NCBI GenBank assembly: GCA_028534125.1
Contig: CM052832.1
Span: 23,748,001 to 23,812,000 of the forward strand
From: Lama glama
Lineage: Eukaryota
Direction of reading: 5' to 3'
Length of the DNA stretch: 64,000 nt
Below are positions 51,887 through 64,000 of the stretch, piece after piece; within the stretch, counting starts at the first letter, position 1; each line of letters starts with the position of its first letter. The notes beneath the pieces were generated by a model. The model had not been told where the DNA came from, searched no databases, and saw only the letters and a program-made list of their open reading frames with translations. The position numbers and the translations under genes are program-made.

Positions 51887-53719
51887 AAATTCGCATTATT
51901 AATAGTAAGAATTAAATCACCACTGCGTAAGACTTTATACACACTCATCTATGTGCTGTTTTATTCTAGTCTACAAATAATTATACCCTAACTGTTCCCA
52001 AAGCTAACTTGGAAAGACATATAAAAGGACAAAAATATGCCAACAAATTGAACACTAGAAAGTTAAGAAAACCACCACATTTTATCCTATTCATGGAATT
52101 CCTTTCATGACCTTTTCCTGACTAGATCTACACAGAACAGAATAAAAGTTGGAATGTTGATCTGGACCATTCATAGAAAGAACCAGCTATTTCAGTTATT
52201 AAGAGTCTAAAGATTAGGCCTCCATCTTTCCACTTAAGTTATCTGATTTGTAAGAACTGCCAACAAATATTACAAATCTGACCAACTGCAAGGGATGATA
52301 AATAAGTGTCTGTACTGGGTTCCTGCCAAAAGATCAATTTATTCAGTGAAGTGCATTCAAAACCCAGTGCTGAGGAAACTATGTAAATTAATATCAAAAA
52401 GAATTCCCAATAATTAAACTAACCGAAAACTGTAAGAAGTGTCTGGTGTAGGGTCTAGTCCACAGTCATGTAAATAAAAGCTTACGGAAACGAGAAGATT
52501 CCATTTACCACAGTAAATGTAACAAGAAATTCCAGATAGATCACCGCACAGCTGCCCCTTCCCCCGAAACGCACCCACCCACAGGCCAGCACACTTGGCG
52601 TGCACACCCAGACCCTCTCTCCAGTCACTGGCCCAAAAATCGCCGGCCTCACAGTTCTTCATTTCGCCGGGACAACTGAAAGGGCGACAGTTGCCTGGCA
52701 CAGCTGCAGTCTGAACGCAAAGGTTGGGAAGTGGGAACAGCAAATTCAGTTCCAGCTGTTAACGCAGGGAAAGATGAGTTCTCACGGCAACGCAGGCTTG
52801 GAAACTCAGAGTCGCAAGCCAGCAACGTGCTCTTGGTCACTGAAACCCCACAGAGCTCAAATCTCAAAATCAGTTTTAAAATAGAAGAAACCAACGGTTA
52901 CTCAAAATACTTGCGATGCTAAGTTGCCACAAGCTTTTTGAGTTGTCCGTTGAGATGGAATGCATTTCTTAAAAGACTTCCGAATGTTGCAGTGTCGATG
53001 AATGCCAATCCCCCATCTTCCTGCATTTTCTCTCATCCTTATCTTTTCAGAAATACATACTCTGTGCAGAGTTGTGATCACTGGGCAAATAAATGAACTG
53101 ACTTTTATTTATTTTTCCTTCCCAAAGGCTACTGATCAGATAATTTTAATATCCTTTTCCCCCTTCTTTGCAAGCATGCTATGATCCTGGCTATCACTGT
53201 TTATGACTTATTTGGCTGGTACGTCGACAGGCCATAGTAAGTGAGGAGAAATTAGTTTGATTTATGCTAGGAATTATGTTTTAATAATTTAGATTTAAAA
53301 ATAAAAACTATAATTTTTATAATATACTTTGTAATAGTTTTTCTAACCCCAAACTTTAGAGGAGGATAAAAATATTAGAAAATATATTTCTATGCTCTTC
53401 AAGCTTCTCAATAGATTGCATACATATGATGTCACCTCTGAACCAACATTTTGTTACCTATTCATTCCTCACTTTTAGTATCTAGCCAAAACTTTGTCAT
53501 AATTGTTCTTCCATTAAAGAAGTAAAGGAGATGCTCTGCTTTATAACAATTACCATTTTAAACAGAATTTGCCCACAGCATAACATGAGCTCAATAAATA
53601 ATAGCTGTCATTATTATTTATGGTAATCCATGCCTCCCAATGCATGCTCTAAGGATTGTATTTTATATAAATAAATAAATATTTATTTTTATATACATAT
53701 AACATTTGTGTTTCATAAC

Positions 53720-53932
53720 ATGTTTTTTGAAATGTGGGATGTGACCCATTAGTGGGTCATGAAGTCAATTTAGTGGGTCTCAGCCAGAATTTTATTTAAA
53801 AAATGAAATAAAATACAAGGGAAAATGTCTGAACGCAGTAAGAAAAAGTCATGTTTTGTGAAACTTGTTTGAGTATTGCGAGAAGAGGTATTTCTTATTA
53901 CAGACTGCCTTTAAAAATTTCCAATTCATTGT
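53720..53932. mobile_element. hAT-Charlie-like relic; a related copy lies near 63065-63300
   Basis: tgtgggatgtgacccattagtgggtcatgaagtcaatttagtgggtc...aaatgaaataaaata pattern recalled from Charlie4-type elements. Confidence 0.45.
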
Positions 53933-55938
53933 TACAAAGCATATATTTCTAATGAACATAATGAAAAGATAAGTATTCACTCTAGAGCAAAGGAAAACAG
54001 CTACATTTATTTTTCTATAATTAATAACCTATTCTCCTCTTTCATATTCAAAACACAATTACTCAGCTTTGTACATTGCATTAAAGGTATTCAAACCATT
54101 TAAAAAGTAATTTTCTATTCATTTTCCATGGGCACCATTAGAGAATTAATAGGCTAGCGTTTGTCGACATGATTATTTTCCACAAATGGATTCTCATTCC
54201 TTTTCCATTTATCTACCATGAAGTAACAGGACATCCAAGGACTCTTGATATTTAGTTTACTATTCTCTCATGATGACCTAGCTCCATGGCAAACATGTGA
54301 CAGTTCCCCTTTAGGACAAACTGATCTGTAACAAAACAGCATCTCACTGGAAATGTGTGAAAAATATTTCCAATAAGTCTACACAAACACCCACCCACAT
54401 CCACACATAACCTTCCATATTAAAACCCTTCAAATGTTTATGAACTCTCTTCACAGAAATCATAATGTTGTGCACAGAAGAAAAATGACCAACTTAGTTA
54501 TTGTATCTTGCATTTCAGCTTATGGAGAAAACAGGCAAAGTAGAAAGTAAAAAGAAATGTCAGTCTTTGGAGGTTAATGTTAACATCTGTACCACAAGTG
54601 TTGGGGAACAAATGCAGAAGTCTCACACTCCCTTGAAAAATCACAAACTCTGCCTTGGTATTAAGCCAACTCTACTGACATCAACATTCAGCATGAGGGT
54701 TAGCTGCTGGTTATGACTGTGAGGAGAATGAGGGCTCTACCCTCAAAGAGAGTTCACAAACATGCCACTTCATCGTCTCCACATTTACTCTGGTTAGACC
54801 ATCCACTGTGACAACTGAAAAGTAGCATTCCTTTCTAATGGAAGGAATTTTCCGTGGGAAGTCTTTCTATAACAAGTGCAAGGATTCAAAAGAGCAGGGA
54901 AGATCCTATGAGTTCCCTAACTCACAGTTAGTTCAAATTATTTACTAAGTACTTACTCCGTGCCAGGCACGATGCTAGGGGCCGGGGACAGAGATGAGCT
55001 TCCAATCCAGTGGGAGGGCTCCAAAAACACACAGAAAAATTACAATTCTACATGCTAAGGGCTATGATGGGGGATAGTCAAGATATGAAGGAGGCACCGA
55101 GGAGAGTCACCAAACCATACAGGGAGCCAATGGAGATCAATGGAAGTTTCTTAAAGAGAGGGGTGCATTGCCCAGGGAACTAAGGTCATATGGCATGATG
55201 CATGTTCAGAACATTGCAATAAAGGTTAAATAATATGAGACTTGCAAATTCTGAAACAACATTTTGATCTGGTTCAGTCTAAGCACTGCATGTGTTCACA
55301 ACTCCACAGGTAGTTTGGCAGTGCTGGGCCAGTGAGACACCAGAAGACAAGAGAGACAAGGCTGAAGAGGAGGGCAAAGTCACATCAGAATCTCATATGG
55401 GAATTAAAGTTGGAACAGACACAGGCTGGGATTTTACCCTAGGACTAGGATAAGCACCAGGATTCAAAGTATTAAAAAAATATTATTCAACACACTTTAA
55501 AATGAAAAAGAGAAATTCAAAACATTAAAAAAGACATTTTATTCATAATTCTATCTTCTTAAAATTATAGCTATTTTCAAATCTTCTGGTTTCCTTCAGT
55601 TCTACTCACATAACTTAGTATTCATAACTTTTGCACTCTACTGTACCACCTAACATTGACTGGTAAATCACTTCCCACGTAACCACCACGGATGTCATTT
55701 TTAATGGCTGTAGAATGTTCCACTGGGTTCTTATTACTGACAACTTAACCATTTTCTTTTGTATGTCATGCAGGCAATTTCCAGATTTTCCTATGACAAT
55801 GGCATTTTCATAAGCAGCTTCTACATATCTATTCTATCTTATACTTCCCTTGAGGTAAATTCTAAAATTACCAGGCTACCGGAAATGAATATTTATACGA
55901 CCTTTTGTTATCCAGGTGGAAGCAGGCTGGGTACTTAC

Positions 55939-56044
55939 CGTTTTGCTCCAAGTAAGGCCTGTGGTGTGGTGTTCCTTGATGTATGCTTGAAGCTCACTCC
56001 AAATGTTCAAATATGACTTCACCCAATCCACGTGGCGTAAATCA
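55939..56044 (-). CDS. CAP2: CAP2 coding exon (about exon 7)
   Basis: ctgacaaag|T GAT TTA CGC... encodes [35 protein letters not shown]|gtaagt. 106 nt. Not in the ORF track; read by hand. Confidence 0.95.
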
Positions 56045-56994
56045 CTTTGTCAGAAAAGTGGAAGAGGGGGGAGTTAGGATCTAAAATTAAATCTTATAGA
56101 CATTGGGGGGCATATGGCAGTCCAGAGCTAAGGCTCCAGATGACCCTGGAACAACTGTCTTCCTAGTCCAGTCACTGGGGACCGATTCTGAAATGAACAT
56201 TGAAAGGATGGTGTGGTCCAGGTCTCCCCTGAGAGGAGTTGAGTGACCTGAGCTCCGGGTGTGGAGCAGAGGGCACCATGGAAAGAACACCCACCAATGT
56301 CACGTCTAACTGGGAGATGGATGTGGAGCAGACACTGTTTCCCTCTGTACTGCTTCTGATGCAAAATGAAAAACAACGCACTTTCAGGCAGGAGAATGAT
56401 ACTGCAAAGAAAAAGTCCTTCCTTTGCTTTGTTTTCTAATAATTTGTTGAATTGTTCAGTTGAAAGTATAACCAAATTGGAGAATCTGGGACTGGTAAGG
56501 AAAGTTGCTACAGTAAAAAAAAAAAAGATTTCCTACAAATGGGTAACACTCAGTCCTTCTAAAGGGACATTCACCTAAATTACTCAATCTGATACTCACA
56601 GTGACAAGGCAGGGCATGACTAGTAATTTTAACCCCAATTTTACTGAACTGGGTTAACACACAGGACTGGGAGAACTGTTAGAAATATTAAACTTATCAA
56701 CAGCCAAAAATAGTTGCATTTCCTTTGGATAATTTCCACTCACACATTTTTTCCCCACTTTGAATAAAGCAGTAAATGAGAAAATGATGAAATCTCAGTT
56801 AACAAAAATTTAATCACAAAACTGGGCCATTAATTTGAAGACAATCACTGAAGGAAATCTCAATTATTCAAGCTCCTGTCAATAATGACTTGTCTCTGGA
56901 CATATTCTGTTTTGTTTTCCTTGAAAAGCTCCAAGTACTACAAGAATGTTTACACTCCCATTGGACGATCATGCCATTTAAGAAAAGGAAATGG

Positions 56995-57163
56995 TGGGGG
57001 GAGGATATAGCTCAAGTGGTTGAGCACATGCTTAGCATGCACGAGGTCCTGGCTTAAATCCCCAGTACCTCCTCTGAAAATAAATAAACCTAATTACCTC
57101 TCCCACCATGCAAAAATAAAATAATGATATAATATAATAATAGAAATAAATAAAATATTAAAA
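56995..57163 (+). mobile_element. tRNA-Ala-derived SINE (Vic-1-like) with 15-bp TSD
   Basis: GGGGGGAGGATATAGCTCAAGTGGTTGAGCACATGCTTAGCATGCACGAGGTCCTGG...AAATAAATAAACCTAATTACCTC. TSD AAGAAAAGGAAATGG at 56980-56994 and 57164-57178. Confidence 0.9.
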
Positions 57164-59009
57164 AAGAAAAGGAAATGGGGAATTGAAGTCATAATTATCT
57201 ACTCCTCAAAGAGAAAAAACAGGAGCGTGATTCTGTTCTGCATTTTTAGATTTACTGATTATATTAATCAAATCTACAAAATATTTCATTGTCACTTTCT
57301 CTCACTTTCACTGTCAAAACCCAAAAGACTCAGTGTGGCTCCATAGGTCTCCCAGGGTTTTCTGAAGGTCTTAGTACAGTGCCTTGCATGTGGGATGCAT
57401 ATACACAACAGCTGTTATTAGAGCACGAAAATCATTTCAATATTCAAGTCCACGTACATTTTTATGTATAGTCAATTAATACATGTATGTGCATATGTAC
57501 ACATGTGTCAGTACATACAACACACATGTCTGTAGACATTATAGAAATAGCAGGCTGCACATTTAATACACTTCTATTCAAAAATTAAACAAATGATAAA
57601 GTCCAAACCTGCACAGGCAAATTCATTTTTCTTTTGAATATTACAGTATGCTTTTAACTTGAAGAAAGTTCTAGCAAAACTTGTAGTACGGACTAACGGT
57701 ATGGTGCCTTTTAATCCAAAGTCAGTGTCTAAGAGACAACAAATCAAACATGTCTGCAAACCCAGCCTCAGTTTCTGCTTCCCCTTGGAGAGGCTTCAGG
57801 AGGGGCACGTGACTTTTAACGATCATGACTCAGACAGGTCAGACCTCCAGAACGTCAAAGCAATTAACTCGCTCTATTCATTTACTGACAAAGAGCCCAA
57901 ATAACCAGTCAAGCCAGTTGTAAGGGTTGTACAGATGCAGAGTCCACTGGCCACAGCCCTTCTGTGTCAAAAACCACAAAGAAGCCTGCCTTTCACCTCC
58001 TCCACCCATGGGCCTGCCTGTCAGGTAGGCAGCAACGAGTCTGTGACAGCCCGCGGCCCTCACTGAGCCCACACGGGGTGAAGACACAGCCCGCCTACTG
58101 CGCCCACAGACGGATGCTACGTGAGTGGCTGTGGAGTGTCCTGTCGGGTTACCACTCCTGGAAGCTCGGTGGCGACCTGGGACTGGCTACTCTTGGAAAT
58201 GAGGTGAATAAATTCGTACCGTGGCTGCATTTCCCCAGCATATTACATGGTCTTCAGGTGGTCCACTCAGCCTAAATAAACTGTACTGGACTCTGCCAGA
58301 AGTTCAGTTTCTACTCAGCAGCTGACATAGAGGAGAAAATTCTAGACTCTCTTTGTGTGTGTATGAAAAAGTAGAAACCCGCAACCCTCTCGGCTCCACT
58401 ACCACCTGGGGAGAAACACTCACAACCACAGCCCCAAGATACACTCGGGTAGGGACTGGGAGGACAGGAGCTGAGGAGCCGAGACAAAGACAAAAATGAC
58501 CTCCGAGGGGGATACACGAAAGGGCAGAGACTCAGGAGGTGCCCGAAGTGTCTTGAATAGGCAAGTATGCATAGGTTTTCATTTTCATTCTGAAAAAAGA
58601 CTAAGAGGTCTTTTATGATGTAGAAGTCACTGTGGGTGTATGTTCATGCTGACCTATTTCTATAACTCACATGTGTTCTTTCCCGAACTGTTAATTTTTG
58701 TGAGGAGAGCAGACTGTCTCGCATTTCTGATGCCTGTTCTCATTCATGCCGCACAATTCTGGAGTCCCTAGTACAAAGTGGCCACACTTGGACCCGCATC
58801 ATTGGGCATAGTCCTCTGGGTGCAGGAAGTCTGTTACTGAGCACCAGTGCTTCAACCAAAGTTTCCTTAGGGCAGGAGAGAGCTTAGGACGAAAAGAGGT
58901 GCTGATGTCTCGGAGAGCTGCGCTCCCTATGAGCTCCAAGACCTGTTTGATGACTAAACTCTATGAGGACAGTGGAGCACTGTGGCTGTTTTTTGTTTTG
59001 TTTTGTTAA

Positions 59010-59540
59010 ACATAGTATTTCTATTGGGATATAATTCACACCCCATGTGATTCATCCATTTAACTATTCATCCATTCATCCATTCAGACAATTGAGTTGC
59101 GCAGTCATCACCACAGTCAATTTTAGAACACTTTCACCACCTCCACAAGAAACCCTATACCCATCAGCAATCACTCCACACTTCCTCCGAACTTCCCCAG
59201 CCCCAGACAACTGCTAACTTGCTTTCTGTCTCTATGGATTTGCCTATTTTGGAATTTTGTATAAACAGAATCAAACAATATATGTTTTTCTGTTTGCTTG
59301 ACTTCTTTCCCTCAGCATGTTTTCGAGGCTCGTCCACACCACTACTTGCATGGATACTTCTTTTTTTATGGTTGAATAATGTATCTCTGCATGGCTACTC
59401 ATCAGTTGATGGACATTTGGATTGTTTCCACTTTTTAACTGTTATAAATAATGTTGCTGTGAATATTCATGTACAAGCTTCTGTGTGAATATATGTTTCC
59501 ATTTCTTTTGGAAACACACCTAGGAGTGGGGTTGCTATGT
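59010..59540 (-). mobile_element. L1MB-like 3' fragment
   Basis: ttgggatataattcaca...catcaccacagtcaattttagaacactttcaccacc...ctttctgtctctatggatttgcctattttgga...gatggacatttggattgtttccac. Confidence 0.75.
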
Positions 59541-60926
59541 GTGGTTGTTTTTTTTAGAGTGAAAAATCATTGGTACATATTTCTCAACCTGAGTGGTAGA
59601 TATATGAGTATTTTTTGTATCATGATTTTTTATATCTTGCATATGTGTATAAATATTGTTTCTACTCAATGTTTATTAAAACCAAAAATAACTTAAAAAA
59701 GAAACAGTTATGCAAATCCTGAATATGTAATACTGGTCAATGACCTGGAACTATAGTAGGTATTTATTTACACATTCTATGTAGTTTTCCTCTATTCCAT
59801 ATAAAGTCTTACATTGTCTTATAAAAATTGTCTTATAATGCTATTTTCTTCTTTTCTTGCTTAACAATTTTTCCTCTGTCTCATCATTTTAGATCTACGT
59901 TAGTAATATAAAGAGGTGAATTAAAGCAATTATCTGGACGATTCAGGTCCTCAAGCTTCCTTCCATCTGGACAGTCTGGGTCCATGAGTGAGATGCGGGA
60001 GCCCCTGCCTTTGTTTACTAATGATAATTTCTGCTTCCATCACCTAAGAGCTCAGAGGGGGTCCACTCTTCAGCCCGGCGTCCAGAAGGTGGAACTTTGT
60101 TGTTCTTAGTTCACCCCATCCCTCCCCTGAGTGACTAGGCCGTCAGCCACACCACATCTTGCCCACTGTTGATGAGACAGGGCATGACATCCTTGGAGGG
60201 TGAGGGACCTCAGGACACTCCCTGAGCAGATCAGAGACATCTTCCTGGCTATTCGGCTCTGGCCTCTCCTCAACTGGCCCTGTTTTCAACTGTAGCCTCA
60301 GGGTGAGGCTCTCTGGGCTGCAGCGTCTGTGCTGTAGATGCAATGCCCCTAAGCTGGCTCTCTAGGCAAACCCTCTGGTTCAGTCTCACCTGCACTTTCA
60401 ACAGCTCTTGGAATGGCAAGCTACTCTTACAGGTGTCCCTCTGTCCATCCATCTGTATTCCACCTCAACGCAGTCTCTGGTTTCCCTTTCACTGGCCTGG
60501 CTTATTAATGTCTCGTCTCATCTCTGTTCCTCACTGACACTTCATTTCCTGAGTCCTCCTTTCTTCTCTCTGCTCACTCACTCACTCTGTTCTGATCAAT
60601 GTAAAAGGTTTGTCCATCTAGGGCTCGCCCATCACACACCATCACAGATCTCTCTCATTATTGTGGGGATACAGAACAGACTGACATGCATGCACGTGGG
60701 GAGAGGGCATTCATCACCAGAGAACTGAGGCAAACTTTCTAAAATACACATATTATCTGGATAATTGATTTCATTTTCCACTTTGCTTTACCTGCAAAGA
60801 TGGGATTTTTCCTTAATGTTTATAGCAAACTAGCCTTTGAAAGGAATCAGTAATGAACTATATTAAGTTTGGGGACAAATATCTAACAATCAACCGAGAG
60901 TTTGGTCAGTAAAAGAAGGTACATAC

Positions 60927-61012
60927 CTGTGTTTGTAGTCCTTTAACACCCTGTTAGTGTAAAAGGTGGCAGCATCATTCATCTCCTTGACATAAGGACC
61001 AGGTTTGGGAGA
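60927..61012 (-). CDS. CAP2: CAP2 coding exon (about exon 6)
   Basis: tctctcag|TCT CCC AAA... encodes [28 protein letters not shown](S), ending AG|gtatgt. 86 nt. Confidence 0.96.
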
Positions 61013-61337
61013 CTGAGAGAACAGGACCATCACCCAAGCATAGAAGGGAAAAAAAATAGATAAGAAAGAAAATGCCTTAAAGAAGAAGAGAAGCAATGGA
61101 GATGCTGACTTGAAAGCTGGAGGCAAATTTTGCTCTGTAAAGATCAGTGAAACACTTTCCACATCTCAGAACACAAAGCTCCGAACTTCAAACAGGGTGA
61201 GAAAGAGCTGAAGCATTCAGGCTGAAAGGAATCCTCCTCAGTGTAACAGATGGAGGATGAAGGAGCCAGGAGGCAGCCATGAGTTCTCCCGAACACTTCA
61301 AAAACCAGGTGCAGGGGCAACACTCCGCCCGACTCAC

Positions 61338-61481
61338 CACAGCTATCCACCCAAGGGCAGGGATGCTTTCGCTGACAGCTGAGAGATGATTAAACATTTC
61401 ACTCCCCCGGTTTCTCTCTCTGAAAGTTTGGATCTCATGAATCTTTTCTGATATTGGTTTCAGAAGTGCAGCCACATCGTT
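61338..61481 (-). CDS. CAP2: CAP2 coding exon (about exon 5; helical folded domain)
   Basis: ttacag|AAC GAT... encodes NDVAALLKPISEKIHEIQTFRERNRGSEMFNHLSAVSESIPALGWIAV|gtgagt. 144 nt. Confidence 0.96.
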
Positions 61482-62387
61482 CTGTAAGCAAACATTGAGC
61501 ACTGTTACTAAGGACAGAACAGAAGCCCAGCGTCTCCATCCACGATGGCCAGCGCAGGAGCAATCAGCACCTGTCATTTGTCAGGGGCTTTCAGAAGACA
61601 GCAGATTTTTTTCTTATGGTAATCCAGTATTTTCATTCTCTCAAGTATGAAAATTACACGGTTTTTTTTTTAAGCATTATTAACGCTGTCTCCTGAGACA
61701 TGGAAAAAACCCAGCAGTATAATATAGCTCCTGTTCTGAAGAACCCTGCATGGAACACATGAGTGTAGATCAATTATAGTTACAAACGGAACCACGGATC
61801 ACACACTGGAATAACTAACACACATCTAAAATCGGGATGGGTAAAAGGGTATCTTCCTACTCCTGTGGGAAAATGATGTGAGGGAAAGGTGCTTGGTTTT
61901 TACCATGGTTACCATAATTCGTGTGAAAAAGCGGAAGTCTGCCACTGCGGCTCTTTTTAAGGAGGTGTGATGGCTACAATGTTTACAGTTACCTTCGTCC
62001 GGTTTGGCTTTCACCATCGTTCTTGGGCAACTTGGCTGAGGACGACAGGTTACTCCTCTCACCTCTGATTAATTAATTTAACAACGGACTTTTCTATTCA
62101 TATAAAAACACGTTCAAAATGATGTGAGCTGAGTTATGAACTGTTACAGAGACAGGCGCTTGGATTATGTCCCCGTACCATTCTTGACTTCCTTTGGTTT
62201 TGAAGAGTAGATACAGGGTTACTCGATTTTTTTTTCCTCCAAAGAAATAGCAACAGTTTGTACTTCGGCTTTGTAAAAGCAATTGAAGAGGTTTTGGCAG
62301 TATTTTACTAGGTGTTTTAAAATAGAAGAGCCCCTTAAAGCTCCTTAATTTCTGTAACCAAGACTTTAGAGGTTCTTAACTGAACTT

Positions 62388-62546
62388 CAAGGTTCTCAAC
62401 CTTGGCTACATATTGAAATCACCCGGGAGCTTTCAAACACAGAGGGCTGGGTCCCACCCCCAGAGACGCCGATTTAACTGGTCTGGAGGGGGCTTGGGTT
62501 GTGGGGAGAATTGCAAAAGCTCCCAGGTGCAGATTTTAATCACTGC
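62388..62546. mobile_element. MER5-like DNA transposon relic
   Basis: ggttctcaaccttggctacatattgaaatcacccgggagcttt...gggtcccacccccagaga...gatttaactggtctgg...aaaagctcccaggtg. Confidence 0.7.
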
Positions 62547-64000
62547 TTTAGTGGTAGTTTAACACCTGAAAAGATAGTTGTTTTTGCCTATTTGAAGAAA
62601 TAACGTTCAGCGGCAATAACTTCCAGACCTCACTTCTTCTTGACTCCTTGAGATGCCCTCCCCTACACAAAATGTTACGTATGGGCTTTGGAATTAGCAT
62701 GTCCTTGGTTCAGATCTCCGCTCTGCCACTTACTACCTATGTGACCTTGAGCAAACTACTTATGCAGACAGAGCCTTGCTCTCATCTGTAAATCAGAGAT
62801 AATAAAGCCTACAGCTTATAGGCTACCGAGGAAGTGGTATTCTAAACCCCTGGCACATGGGATGTACATAATAGATGGAAGTGATTCGTATAATTACTAC
62901 TATGCAGTTAGCTCAGACTAGGGGTAAAAATGATGTCCTGTGCAGTACACAGCAGTCTTTTGCTTCAAATAAATGACTATGTATTTAAGATAAGAAAGGC
63001 TCCAAATAAACATCCACGTAGGCTAACGGGACTTTAGGGTTTCAGGAGTCTAAATTAGATCATCTAGTTCAGCCTTTTGACAGACTCCACTGAGTAGGTC
63101 ACAATCAATATTTTAAAAAGTAACTGAAATAGAATAAAGTAGAAAATATAAGAAGGCATTTATTACATGTAGTAAAGGGGGAGTATTTTATGAGCCTTCG
63201 TTTCAGTTACAGAGTTTGCGTGCGCACGTGTGCTCTGGGCTGCAGAAAATAAAATGTAGTTCTTATTATGAATCTCCATCTAAAAGTTTGAGAAACATGG
63301 ACCTAATCTAATTCTCCCATTTTACATAACTGGGATACAGGCCCAGAGTGGTAACTTACTAAGACCAGCTGTCAAGTGTCAGAAGGGCAGCAGCAAGAAC
63401 CCAGTCTTCCACGAGACAATTTTCTATGCGGGGAACTGAGAAAAATATGCTTACAGGTTTCTCCCCTGCCAGCAAGACTCGGGGACGGTACAGGGAAGAG
63501 ACTAGGGGCTCAGGTGTGGGTTAGGCTGTGTGGGTTCCAGTCCTTGCTCCTCAGTGTACTACGCTCTTGGACTTCACACAAATGACCATGCTTGTCTGTG
63601 AGTCCATGATCCTGTTTGCAAAACAGTGTTGATAATGGTACCCACTTCACACGGCTATAAGAAGGAGTAAATGAGAGAACACATCAGCTCTTGCTTGGTA
63701 GGGAGTCAGGTACAAGATGGATGCTTGACAAACAGTAAGTGATCTCCCAGGTATCTGCCATTTAAAAGTCTCTAATTGGCCAGATTCACCGACCAGCGCT
63801 TTCCTACCACTGCTATGCAAAAGCAAGAAAAATATTTTCCTAACTGAGATCTGCAGATGGAAAGAGGCATGTTTTTGTTTGGGAGAAACAAAAAGAAATA
63901 CAGGGAAAGAAAGCAAAGTGTTCTCAAAGTTCTCAGTGGACTTTTCCCTCCCCAGTTTTATGGAGAAATAATTGACATACATCACTGTAAGTTTAAGGTG

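Noticed and set aside
56995..57075. Apparent tRNA-Ala genes here and at the five other SINE sites
   Set aside because: Mismatched stems, SINE-specific 3' extensions, A-rich tails and TSDs mark them as retroposed copies, not functional tRNAs.
1..64000. CRISPR arrays, operons, defence systems or other prokaryote-type systems
   Set aside because: The sequence is mammalian with spliced genes; no regularly spaced repeat-spacer array or long intronless ORF cluster is present.

Overview
Mammalian genomic DNA, most likely a camelid (alpaca/camel lineage), judged from six copies of a tRNA-Ala-derived SINE resembling Vic-1 and cetartiodactyl-type L1 ends. Two intron-containing genes lie in tandem on the minus strand, in the order I recall for human. 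CAP2 (cyclase-associated actin cytoskeleton regulatory protein 2) contributes nine coding exons (about exons 5-13, 61481 down to the stop at 27693) and a 3' UTR to about 26355; its 5' exons are beyond the right edge. FAM8A1 contributes a CpG-island promoter and coding exons 1-4 (5080 down to 765); its last exon is beyond the left edge. All exons were read by hand and join in frame at GT-AG introns. The rest is intronic or intergenic DNA rich in L1, L2/MIR, LTR, MER5/hAT and SINE relics. I found no convincing new biological system. The best leads are an apparent loss of the usual CAP2 stop codon giving a 9-residue C-terminal extension, a ~420-bp 3'UTR-like insert bounded by an exact 25-bp direct repeat with an internal micro-inversion signature, an internally deleted L1, and candidate muscle enhancers in CAP2 introns. 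Repeat family names and human comparisons come from recall, not from a database search.
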